Shown here: one piece after another, positions 19,281-27,019 of the stretch
Position numbering within the stretch: position 1 is the first letter of the stretch
How the letters are laid out: every line of letters starts with the position of its first letter
NCBI GenBank assembly: GCA_965220965.1
Contig: OZ244852.1
Span: 1,440,001-1,504,000, forward strand
DNA from: Candidatus Marinacidobacterium sp.
Lineage (GTDB): Bacteria > Acidobacteriota > Vicinamibacteria > Marinacidobacterales > Marinacidobacteraceae
Direction: 5' to 3'
Length of the DNA stretch: 64,000 nt
The notes under the pieces: generated by a model
The model's input: the letters and a program-made list of their open reading frames with translations, nothing else
Told to the model about the DNA's origin: nothing
Databases searched by the model: none
Translations under genes and position numbers: made by a program

Positions 19281-20327
19281 ATGTTCGAGAGGACGAAGAG
19301 GGTTCTGGCGAGGCACTACCTGGACGAGGGGATGAGCAAGGCGGCGGTTGCTCGCCGCGTCGGGGTCGGCAGGAGGACGCTGTACAACTGGATCCGGGGT
19401 GGACTGCTCGAGGGTCGGCTGGGAGACCAGAAGGGCGGATACGGTCCCCGGGGTTCAGGGAGGTCAAAGCTCGAGCCGTTCGAGGAGATCATCCGGGCGC
19501 GGCTGAGCGTCCACCCGCACCTGAGCGCCGTTCGGCTTTTCGAAGAGGTGAGGGCGGCGGGCTACACCGGCGGGTATGACCAGGTGAAGCGGCACGTCCG
19601 GGAGGTCCGGCCTCGGGAGCGGGTGGAGCCGCCAGTCAGGTTCGAGACGCCCCCAGGCCATCAGGGTCAGGTGGACTTCGCGGAGTTCGGGCTGCCGTGG
19701 GGGAGACGCCACGCGCTGATGGTGGTGCTGGGCTATTCGCGTCGACTCTGGCTGCGGTTCTACGAGGGCCAGACGATGATGGTGTTGATCCGCGGCCTTG
19801 AGGAAGCGTTCTCGTATCTGGGGGGCGTGCCGACGGAGTTGTTGTTCGACCAGATGAAGGCGGTGGTGATCGCCGACGGGCGGGGTTCGGGCGGCCGGTT
19901 GGTCAAGAACGCGGAGTTCCGGGGCTTCAGCGATCACTGGGGCTTCCGGATCCGGGCCTGCCGGCCGCATCAGGCGCAGACGAAGGGGAAGGTCGAGCGT
20001 CCGATCCGATACGTGCGGGATAACTTCTTCTACGGGCGCGAGTTCGTGTCTGACGACGACCTGAACGCGCGGGCGCGGCAGTGGCTCGACGATGTGGCCA
20101 ACGTGCGGGTTCACGGGAGCCTGGGGGAGCGCATTGACGAGCGCTTCGCCCGAGAGGCCCCTCTGCTGGGTCCGCTGGCGGAGCGGCCCTACGCCCCGGT
20201 CGTGCCGCGGATCGAAGCGGCGACGAAGCCGGGGCAAGATGTCCGGGGGCCGGGCGTACCGCGCATCGCCGTCGAACGGCGGTCGCTGGAGGACTACGCG
20301 TCAGTCGGCGCAGGGGGAGCGTTGTGA
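19281..20327 (+). CDS. istA: IS21 transposase
   Basis: N-terminal HTH, RFETPPGHQGQVDF, LLFDQMK, TKGKVER. Confidence 0.95.
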   Translation: MFERTKRVLARHYLDEGMSKAAVARRVGVGRRTLYNWIRGGLLEGRLGDQKGGYGPRGSGRSKLEPFEEIIRARLSVHPHLSAVRLFEEVRAAGYTGGYDQVKRHVREVRPRERVEPPVRFETPPGHQGQVDFAEFGLPWGRRHALMVVLGYSRRLWLRFYEGQTMMVLIRGLEEAFSYLGGVPTELLFDQMKAVVIADGRGSGGRLVKNAEFRGFSDHWGFRIRACRPHQAQTKGKVERPIRYVRDNFFYGREFVSDDDLNARARQWLDDVANVRVHGSLGERIDERFAREAPLLGPLAERPYAPVVPRIEAATKPGQDVRGPGVPRIAVERRSLEDYASVGAGGAL

Positions 20328-21142
20328 AGCCCCGGTCTCGCCGGCAGCACATCGCCGAGCAACTGGCCGACCTGAAGATGCCGGGAGCTCTCGAGGCCCT
20401 GGACGAGGTCCTCGCCGGAGTGGACGGCGGCGGCTACACCGCGTCCGAGGCGATCGATCGGCTGCTGGCTGCGCAGATCGCGCTCCGCAACAGCCGCCGG
20501 CTGGCCACGGCGATGCGCTCCAGCCGTCTTCCGGGGCTGAAGACGCTGCGGGACTTCGACTTCACCTTTCAGCCGTCCCTTCGGCGGGAGCAGATCGACT
20601 CGCTACACGAGCTCGGCTTCCTGGAGCGCAAGGAGAACGTCGTGTTCCTGGGCCCACCGGGTGTGGGGAAGACCCATCTGGCGATCAGCCTGGCGGTCGC
20701 GGCCGCCGAGAACGGGCGCAGGATCTACTTCGGGACGCTGAGCGATCTGATCGAGTCACTCGAAGAGGCCCACGCATCAGGCCGGCTCAAGCAGCGGCTT
20801 CGGACGCTCACGCATCCTGCGCTGCTGGTCGTGGACGAGATCGGGTATCTCTCCGTGACGCCGAACGGAGCCCGGTTGTTCTTCCAGCTCGTGAACGCCC
20901 GCTACCGGCGGGGTTCGACCGTGCTGACCTCGAACAAGGGCTTCGAGCACTGGGGCGAGATCCTGCACGACGAGGTCATGGCGGCAGCCCTCCTGGACCG
21001 CCTGCTGCACCGCTGCCACATCGTCAACATCCGTGGGAACAGCTATCGGATGCGACGTCAGATGGAGCTGTCACGCGCCATTCACCCCACCGCATCCCGG
21101 GCGGCGGAGGCCGAGATCAACCAGCAAGGACGGGAGTCGTGA
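20324..21142 (+). CDS. istB: IS21 helper ATPase
   Basis: GPPGVGKTHLA, LLVVDEIGY, TSNK, LLDRLLH. Confidence 0.95.
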   Translation: MKPRSRRQHIAEQLADLKMPGALEALDEVLAGVDGGGYTASEAIDRLLAAQIALRNSRRLATAMRSSRLPGLKTLRDFDFTFQPSLRREQIDSLHELGFLERKENVVFLGPPGVGKTHLAISLAVAAAENGRRIYFGTLSDLIESLEEAHASGRLKQRLRTLTHPALLVVDEIGYLSVTPNGARLFFQLVNARYRRGSTVLTSNKGFEHWGEILHDEVMAAALLDRLLHRCHIVNIRGNSYRMRRQMELSRAIHPTASRAAEAEINQQGRES

Positions 21143-21262
21143 AGCCTCGCCGCACCGCCGGTCCGGCCCCCACTCCGGTCGCTCCGCTCCCTCCGCGGCG
21201 GCCAGACCGAACTGTGCCATTTTCGGCGCCCAAATGTGTGCCATTTTCGATGCCCATTGACA

Positions 21263-21791
21263 CTCGGATCCTTGCTGACTGGGGTGTCGCCGGGGTTCAC
21301 GCCCCGGCCTTCGTTGAGCGACGAAGGCATCGAACTCGGTCAGCTCGTCTGTCTCCCGTGTCGCCGGGGTTCACGCCCCGGCCTTCGTTGAGCGGGCGTG
21401 GAATGCTTGATTCCGGAGCATGGCGTCCGGGTCGTGTCGCCGGGGTTCACGCCCCGGCCTTCGTTGAGCGCCGAGGTCGGTTGATTCCGTCGTCGTGATG
21501 TAGTCGACGGGTGTCGCCGGGGTTCACGCCCCGGCCTTCGTTGAGCGCGGCCGCAACTCGCACAGGTCGAATCCCACTCCTCCCAAGGTGTCGCCGGGGT
21601 TCACGCCCCGGCCTTCGTTGAGCGCGGCCGCAACTCGCACAGGTCGAATCCCACTCCTCCCAAGGTGTCGCCGGGGTTCACGCCCCGGCCTTCGTTGAGC
21701 GCACGACAACCCGATGGCGGACCGCCTGACGGTCTGGGCGTGTCGCCGGGGTTCACACCCCAGCCTTCATTGAGCGACCGAATCCGCACGC
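21263..21791 (+). CRISPR. CRISPR array block 2: 7 repeats (21284-21776) with partial spacers at both ends
   Basis: Same repeat; spacer 21548-21587 duplicated at 21625-21664; 21-bp and 15-bp spacer remnants abut the IS ends. Confidence 0.96.
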
Positions 21792-22034
21792 TGTTGGCTG
21801 CACGGCAAGACTTCCCAGAAGTTGCAGACGAGAACTGCCCAGAAGTTGAACACGAGAACTGCCCAGCCGGGGAGGTCGGATTCGGTTGAGGCAAGGGGGG
21901 AGCGGAGGACCGCGCAATGGGGGCAGACTTGGGGGCGGGCCGGGGAGCAGCGGAGAGCGTGGGGCTTGCGGCCCGGTGAGGGAGACGTTGGCAGGTCGGG
22001 GACTGGACTCCTTGCCGCGGCCCGCGGAGAGACG

Positions 22035-23078
22035 ATGCATGGGCCAGAGAAGAGGGCGCGGTTCCAGGAGCTTCGGAAGACGGGGCTGAGCCGGAGGGCG
22101 ATCGCGCGGGAGCTCGGGGTGAGCAGAAGGACGCTGTATGTCTGGGAGCGGGAGGGGGCGTCGTGGTCGGGCCGGTCCCGGCCACGCCCGCCGGTGGCGA
22201 GCATCTTGGACCCGTTCAAGGAGCTGATCAGGGAGCGGCTGGCGCTGGCTCCGAGGCTGTCGGCGGAGCGGGTGTTCCAGGAGATCCGGGAGTACGGGTA
22301 CGTCGGGGGATACCGGCTGGTGAGCCGGTATGTGTCGGAGGTGCGTCCCCGGCGGAAGGAGGACCCGGTGGTCCGCTTCGAGACGAAGCCCGGGGTTCAA
22401 GGGCAAGTGGACTTCGCGACCTTCCGGTTCGCCTGGGGAGTCACGCATGCGGTGGTTGTGCTGCTGGGCTACTCGCGGATGCTGTGGTTCCGGTTCGTGG
22501 AGAGCCAGAAGCAGGAGGTTCTGATCCGGGGGCTGGAGGACGCGTTCGTGTTCTTCGGGGGTGTCCCTCAGGAGCTGCTGTTCGATCAGACGAAGGCGGT
22601 GGTGGTTCGGGACGAGCGCTCGCGGGGCGGGGAGCTGTTGAAGAACCGGGACTTCGAGCTGTTCGCGGAGCACTGGGGCTTCGCGATCCGGGCCTGCCGT
22701 CCGTATCGTGCGCGGACGAAGGGGAAGGTGGAGCGGGCGATCCGTTATCTGCGCGACGGCTTCGCGTATGCGCGGGAGTTCGCTTCGCTGGAGGATGCCA
22801 ACCAGCAGGCGCTGCGCTGGCTGGAGCAGGTCGGGAACCGGCGGGAGCTGAAGGCGCTGACCCGGGCGACGGGACGGAAGCAGACGCCGCTGGGGAGGCT
22901 CGAGGATGGGAGGCCGCATCTGATGCCGCTGATGTCGCGCCGGTGGCCGGGGTTGAGGCCGATGGTGTCCGAGGCGCGGCGGGAGGCTTCGGTGGGGACA
23001 GTGGGTTCCGGTGTTCCCCGTCGGGTGGTGGTGGAGCGTCGGCCTCTGTCGGAGTATGCCGAGCTGGCCGGGAGCTGA
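22035..23078 (+). CDS. istA: IS21 transposase
   Basis: HTH (LSRRAIARELGVSRRTLY), RFETKPGVQGQVDF, LLFDQTK, TKGKVER. Confidence 0.93.
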   Translation: MHGPEKRARFQELRKTGLSRRAIARELGVSRRTLYVWEREGASWSGRSRPRPPVASILDPFKELIRERLALAPRLSAERVFQEIREYGYVGGYRLVSRYVSEVRPRRKEDPVVRFETKPGVQGQVDFATFRFAWGVTHAVVVLLGYSRMLWFRFVESQKQEVLIRGLEDAFVFFGGVPQELLFDQTKAVVVRDERSRGGELLKNRDFELFAEHWGFAIRACRPYRARTKGKVERAIRYLRDGFAYAREFASLEDANQQALRWLEQVGNRRELKALTRATGRKQTPLGRLEDGRPHLMPLMSRRWPGLRPMVSEARREASVGTVGSGVPRRVVVERRPLSEYAELAGS

Positions 23079-23081
23079 GCG

Positions 23082-23909
23082 ATGGCGCTGAAGACGATGA
23101 AGCCGGCGACGAGGCGGGAGCGGATCGCGGCGCAGCTGGTGGACCTGAAGCTTCCGGGAGCGCTGGAGGTTCTGGACCAGGTCCTGTCAGGACTTGACGG
23201 GGCGACGCTGAGCGGCGGGGAGGCGATCGAGGAGCTGCTGGGGGCACACATCGAGCTCCGGAACCGGCGGCGGCTGAAGGCGGCGGTGCGTTCGAGCCGG
23301 CTGCCGGCGATCAAGCGGCGGGAGGACTTCGTGATGAGCTTCCAGCCGTCGCTGAAGCCGGAGCAGATCGACTCGCTGTTCGAGCTGGACTTCCTGGACC
23401 GGCAGGAGAACGTGGTGTTCCTGGGCCCTCCGGGGGTTGGGAAGACGCACCTTGCGATCGCGCTGGCCGTGAAGGCTGCGGAGCAGGGCCGCCGGGTGTA
23501 CTTCGGATCGCTGAAGGATCTGGTGGAGTCGCTGGAGGAGGCTCGGGCGGCGGGACACTTGCGGCGGCGACTGAAGGTCCTGACCTATCCGCCGCTGCTG
23601 GTGGTGGACGAGGTGGGGTATCTGTCGCTGACGCGTGACGGAGCGGCGCTGTTCTTCCAGTTGATCAACGCGCGCTACGAGCGGGGCTCGACGGTGCTGA
23701 CGTCGAACAAGGGGTTCGAGGAGTGGGGGCAACTGCTGGGGGACGAGGTGATGACGGCGGCGCTGCTGGACCGCCTGGTGCACAAGTGCCACATCGTGAC
23801 CATCAGTGGGAACAGCTACCGGATGCAGGAGCACCGCGAGCTGGCGAAACGGCTGTGGCCAGGGCGGCTGGCGAACGCCGAGGGCGTGTCAACGGGAGGA
23901 GAGCGGTGA
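23082..23909 (+). CDS. istB: IS21 helper ATPase
   Basis: GPPGVGKTHLA, LLVVDEVGY, TSNK, LLDRLVH. Confidence 0.95.
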   Translation: MALKTMKPATRRERIAAQLVDLKLPGALEVLDQVLSGLDGATLSGGEAIEELLGAHIELRNRRRLKAAVRSSRLPAIKRREDFVMSFQPSLKPEQIDSLFELDFLDRQENVVFLGPPGVGKTHLAIALAVKAAEQGRRVYFGSLKDLVESLEEARAAGHLRRRLKVLTYPPLLVVDEVGYLSLTRDGAALFFQLINARYERGSTVLTSNKGFEEWGQLLGDEVMTAALLDRLVHKCHIVTISGNSYRMQEHRELAKRLWPGRLANAEGVSTGGER

Positions 23910-24053
23910 GGCGCGGCGGCGGTTGGGAGGGCGGTGGCGTAGCGAGGGGCGGGGTCGAAACGCCGCCCTTCTACTCGCCGCGAGTAGCCCATACCCGACT
24001 CGTCTCAACCACCCCCAAGCAGCCGTCCCTCCTTTGACGACGTCCCGATCTCA

Positions 24054-24110
24054 TGTCAATGGGCACCGAAAATGGCACACATTTGGGCACCGAAAATGGC
24101 GCACTTCCGG
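24054..24110 (-). mobile_element. Orphan IS21 terminus, near-identical to the right end of IS #1 but inverted
   Basis: TGTCAATGGGCACCGAAAATGGCACACATTTGGGCACCGAAAATGGC is the reverse complement of ~21216-21262 with a few substitutions. Confidence 0.85.
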
Positions 24111-24186
24111 GCGCCGAGGATGTCGCATGTCGGTCCAACCGAGGCGCAGGGCGGATCCATGGCGCGCTACCGCGGCGTGTGCGGTC

Positions 24187-24949
24187 CTGTCGCAGGGGTT
24201 CACACCCCGGCCTTCGTTGAGCGCAGTTGGCCCGGAGTCTCACGTATCGCGCGATCCGTGTCGCCGGAGTTCACACCCCGGCCCTCGTTGAGCATGCTAC
24301 GACGCGCACTCCCCCGGCAACCTGCCCGCGGTGTCGCCGGGGTTCACTGCCCCGGCCTTCGTTGAGCGCCGAACCACCACGTGACAGTCGTCGTGGCGAG
24401 GAAGGTGTCGCCGGGGTTCACGCCCCGGCCTTCGTTGAGCGGACGACAAGACGGAGGCGCTGGTCGACATGGCCGGTGGTGTCGCCGGGGTTCACTGCCC
24501 CGGCCTTCGTTGAGCGGGGTTGCTACCGATGGCGGCGAGGCCGCTGAGGAGAGTGTCGCCGGGGTTCACACCCCGGCCTTCGTTGAGCGTCCGCCACACT
24601 GGCCGGGACCCCGGCGCTCCGCGCCGTGTGTCGCCGGGGTTCACGCCCCGGCCTTCGTTGAGCGATGAAGTAGATTCCTTCCAACTGCCCCAACCCTCAG
24701 CATGTGTCGCCGGGGTTCACGCCCCGGCCTTCGTTGAGCGCGGCTGCGGCTGAGCGACATTCGGCCCATCGAGGATCTGGGTGTCGCCGGGGTTCACGCC
24801 CCGGCCTTCGTTGAGCGACCATCCACCGCCGCCTCCCCGACGGAGACGTGCGCCTGTGTCGCCGGGGTTGACCCCACGGCCTTCGTTGAGCGTGTCCGAC
24901 TCTGGCCAGGTGGGACGGGTGGCGCGTAAGAGGTGTCGCCGGGGTTCAC
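24187..24949 (+). CRISPR. CRISPR array block 3: 10 full repeats and a 17-bp truncated repeat
   Basis: Same repeat with several variants (TTCACT insertion, CACACC); last repeat stops after GGGGTTCAC. Confidence 0.95.
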
Positions 24950-24995
24950 TGTGGCGCGTCAATCAGGGTGAGACGCGCGCGTCAATCAGAATGAG
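24950..24995 (+). mobile_element. Putative orphan transposon end truncating the last repeat
   Basis: Begins TGT and carries two direct repeats GCGCGTCAATCAGnnTGAG 23 bp apart (24954, 24977), the layout of DDE-transposase binding sites. Confidence 0.55.
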
Positions 24996-25024
24996 CTCCT
25001 GACCAGGCCGGGGCCATCGCCAAC

Positions 25025-25327
25025 TCAGGACTCCGAACGCTCGCGCTCCCGGGAGAACCAGTCGTCCGCCTTCTTCAGGATCTCCACCTCCATCTTGAGC
25101 CGACGATGCTCCCTCCGCAGCCGCTGGATCTCCTTCCGGCCGGCACGCGTGTACCCGTCGCTTCGACGCTCCTCCTCACGATCCGCCTGGGCCACCCACC
25201 TGCGGATGGTCTCCGCGCTCGGCTCGAACTCGCGGGCCAGGTCCGCCGGGCTCCTTCCCCGCCGCGCCAGCTTGACGAGACGCTCCCGGTATTCCGCCGC
25301 GTACCGCTTCCCTGCGCCCGCGCCCAT
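25025..25327 (-). CDS. IS3-family OrfA-like HTH protein, with no OrfB
   Basis: Y..EYRE..V.L, LAREFEPSAETIRRWV, EI.RLRRE..RLKME.EILKKA..WF; RBS present. Confidence 0.85.
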   Translation of the reverse strand: MGAGAGKRYAAEYRERLVKLARRGRSPADLAREFEPSAETIRRWVAQADREEERRSDGYTRAGRKEIQRLRREHRRLKMEVEILKKADDWFSRERERSES

Positions 25328-25339
25328 GTCGCCCTTCCT

Positions 25340-25678
25340 CTACCGCGCAGGCCCTGATGCGGAGACCCAGGGCATCGGCGCCACCGTGAACGTCCGCACG
25401 TCACGGACGCCGACACCAGCCCGGGCCGCGAGGCCCCGGACGGCGAGGCCCATCCGCACGGTCCAGGGCGAGCGGCGCGTCAGGAGGTACTGCCGGTCCG
25501 GCCCATCGGCGGTGGCCGCCTCCTCCAGATAGAGCTCCACCGCGGCCTGGAGGGACTCCCTGGCCTCGGGGTACGAGGCGCCACCCACGGCGAGGTCGAG
25601 ATCGGTGCAGAGGGCTTCCCAGCCGCCGGCCCGGTTCACGGCGGCGCAGCGGAAGCCCTGGGTCGGATGGGAGGCCAT
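25340..25678 (-). CDS. HicB-like antitoxin-fold protein
   Basis: WEALCTDLDLAVGGASYPEARESLQAAVELYLE matches the HicB N-terminal pattern; start uncertain. Confidence 0.7.
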   Translation of the reverse strand: MASHPTQGFRCAAVNRAGGWEALCTDLDLAVGGASYPEARESLQAAVELYLEEAATADGPDRQYLLTRRSPWTVRMGLAVRGLAARAGVGVRDVRTFTVAPMPWVSASGPAR

Positions 25679-25768
25679 GGGAACGTCTGCGGTTGGCCGA
25701 TGCGGTGGCACGCTCAACCTCCGCTGAGCCTACGCTCCCATGTCCTCCCGGGGCGCGCGCCCTCCTCC

Positions 25769-27019
25769 TCAGTCGTCCGCCGCGACGAACTCCGGCCGCT
25801 GCCGGACGCTCGCCTCGGTGAACTCCTCTCCCCGGAACAGCCTCGGGTAGTAGTAGTTCCTGAGGGCGGCGTGGAAGTCGCGCACCCGCTGTTCATAGGC
25901 CAGCGCGGCCTCCATGTTCGTCCCCGCAAGGGCCTGGAGCGCGCGCTGTCCGAGCGCGGGCGGCGAGAGCCAGGCGAGCGCTGCGGCCAGCCGGTCGCGC
26001 CGGAGGCGTCCCTCGCGGTAGGCCTGCGAGAGGTCCTCGGCGGTCTGGTCGCCGACCTGCTGGAAGGCGTAGTACCAATGCCATTCGAACGGCTGGCTGA
26101 CCTCGGTGTAATCCGCCCACTCGGGATGGCGCTCGATGAAGGGATCCATCGTCGCGTCCTTCGGGAGGTCCCAGGCGTCGTTCACCGCCTCCCGCTGGGT
26201 CAGCATGATCTCGCCGCCGTCGGGGATCGGCGCGGCGGCCTCCACCGCGGGCCCGATGGCTGCGGGGACCACCACGGCGAACGCAAGCCAGACGCCGATG
26301 AGCGCGGTCAGGTTGACCGGGCTGCTCCAGCGGAACCGGTCCACGATCCTGCAGACGCCCCACCAGAACGCCATGTGCGCCGCCACCACGAGGCTGGCGA
26401 GCGCCAGCTTCCCGGCTTGTGTTCCGGCGAGCAGCCCACCGACCCAGAGGGGAACGATCAGGCAGATCGCCAGTCCGCCGACCCTCAGGGCCGCCCGCGC
26501 GAACCAGGGGCTGCCCCGGCTGGCCGCCGTGGCGCTCAGCAGCTCGTAGCGCCCCGCGGCGGTCTCCCGCGAACGCAGGTCATGCAGCAGGAGGACCAGC
26601 AGCAGCGGAGCCAGCAGGTTGGCGGCGAACGCGAAGTCGAAGCGCCCGATCAGCGCGAAGTCGGGATTGTTGGCGTCGGTCTCGTAGATCTGTCCTTCGA
26701 GCGCGAGCGCCCGGACCCGGTGCTTCCAGGGCGCCGTGTCGCGTTGGCCCAGCGCGGCGAAGGCCAGATCGGACGGCGGGTCCCAGGTCAGGTGGAAGGT
26801 GTAGTAGGCCGCCTCGCCCCAGTCCGGATGCCGTTCGATCTCGGCTTCCCGGTGGACGCGGTCCATTTCCATGAGATCGCTCAGGACGGCGCGCTGGGCG
26901 GCGACTTCGCGGAGTCCGAGAACCACGGAAAGCGCCCCCACAAGCAGCGCGATCCCGAGCCAAAGCAGCGCCGACCGGTCCTTCAGGAGGAACCGGAGCT
27001 CCCGCATCAGCCCGTTCAT
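25769..27019 (-). CDS. ABC transporter permease (DUF3526 family)
   Basis: Multiple TM segments, FAALGQRD..P, GRFDFAF, QRE.VN.AWD; operonic with the ABC ATPase. Confidence 0.85.
   Translation of the reverse strand: MNGLMRELRFLLKDRSALLWLGIALLVGALSVVLGLREVAAQRAVLSDLMEMDRVHREAEIERHPDWGEAAYYTFHLTWDPPSDLAFAALGQRDTAPWKHRVRALALEGQIYETDANNPDFALIGRFDFAFAANLLAPLLLVLLLHDLRSRETAAGRYELLSATAASRGSPWFARAALRVGGLAICLIVPLWVGGLLAGTQAGKLALASLVVAAHMAFWWGVCRIVDRFRWSSPVNLTALIGVWLAFAVVVPAAIGPAVEAAAPIPDGGEIMLTQREAVNDAWDLPKDATMDPFIERHPEWADYTEVSQPFEWHWYYAFQQVGDQTAEDLSQAYREGRLRRDRLAAALAWLSPPALGQRALQALAGTNMEAALAYEQRVRDFHAALRNYYYPRLFRGEEFTEASVRQRPEFVAADD

Larger units (their letters stand above)
19122..21262 (+). mobile_element. 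IS21-family insertion sequence #1 (2141 bp)
   Basis: Termini TGTTGGCGGGCAC.. and ..TGCCCATTGACA with internal repeated AAAATGGC/GCCATTTT boxes; istA-istB pair; no target-site duplication visible. Confidence 0.92.
21792..24053 (+). mobile_element. IS21-family insertion sequence #2 (right end not found)
   Basis: Left end TGTTGGCTGCAC.. with three ~24-bp AACTGCCCAGAAGTT-like repeats; istA-istB diverged from IS #1; no inverted copy of this end after istB. Confidence 0.85.

Noticed and set aside
21563-21580. GGTCGAATCCC resembling a tRNA T-loop
   Set aside because: Lies inside a spacer and has no cloverleaf context; no tRNA or rRNA gene was recognised in the window.
10904-24053. CRISPR-associated transposon (CAST) made of I-G Cascade plus IstA/IstB
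   Set aside because: Cas3 has intact helicase and HD motifs, no TniQ/TnsD is present, and the IS ends enclose only istAB rather than the cas genes.
24111-24186. Additional highly degenerate repeat and spacer before 24187
   Set aside because: Only TGTCGC and a terminal GCG match; the hairpin is absent.
17586-24932. Self-targeting spacers within the window
   Set aside because: No match to the ISs, cas genes or other genes seen by eye; an exhaustive alignment was not possible.
17146-24962. ORFs reading through the array (VSPGFTPRPSLS and VAGVHAPAFVER repeats)
   Set aside because: Translations of the CRISPR repeat, not genes.
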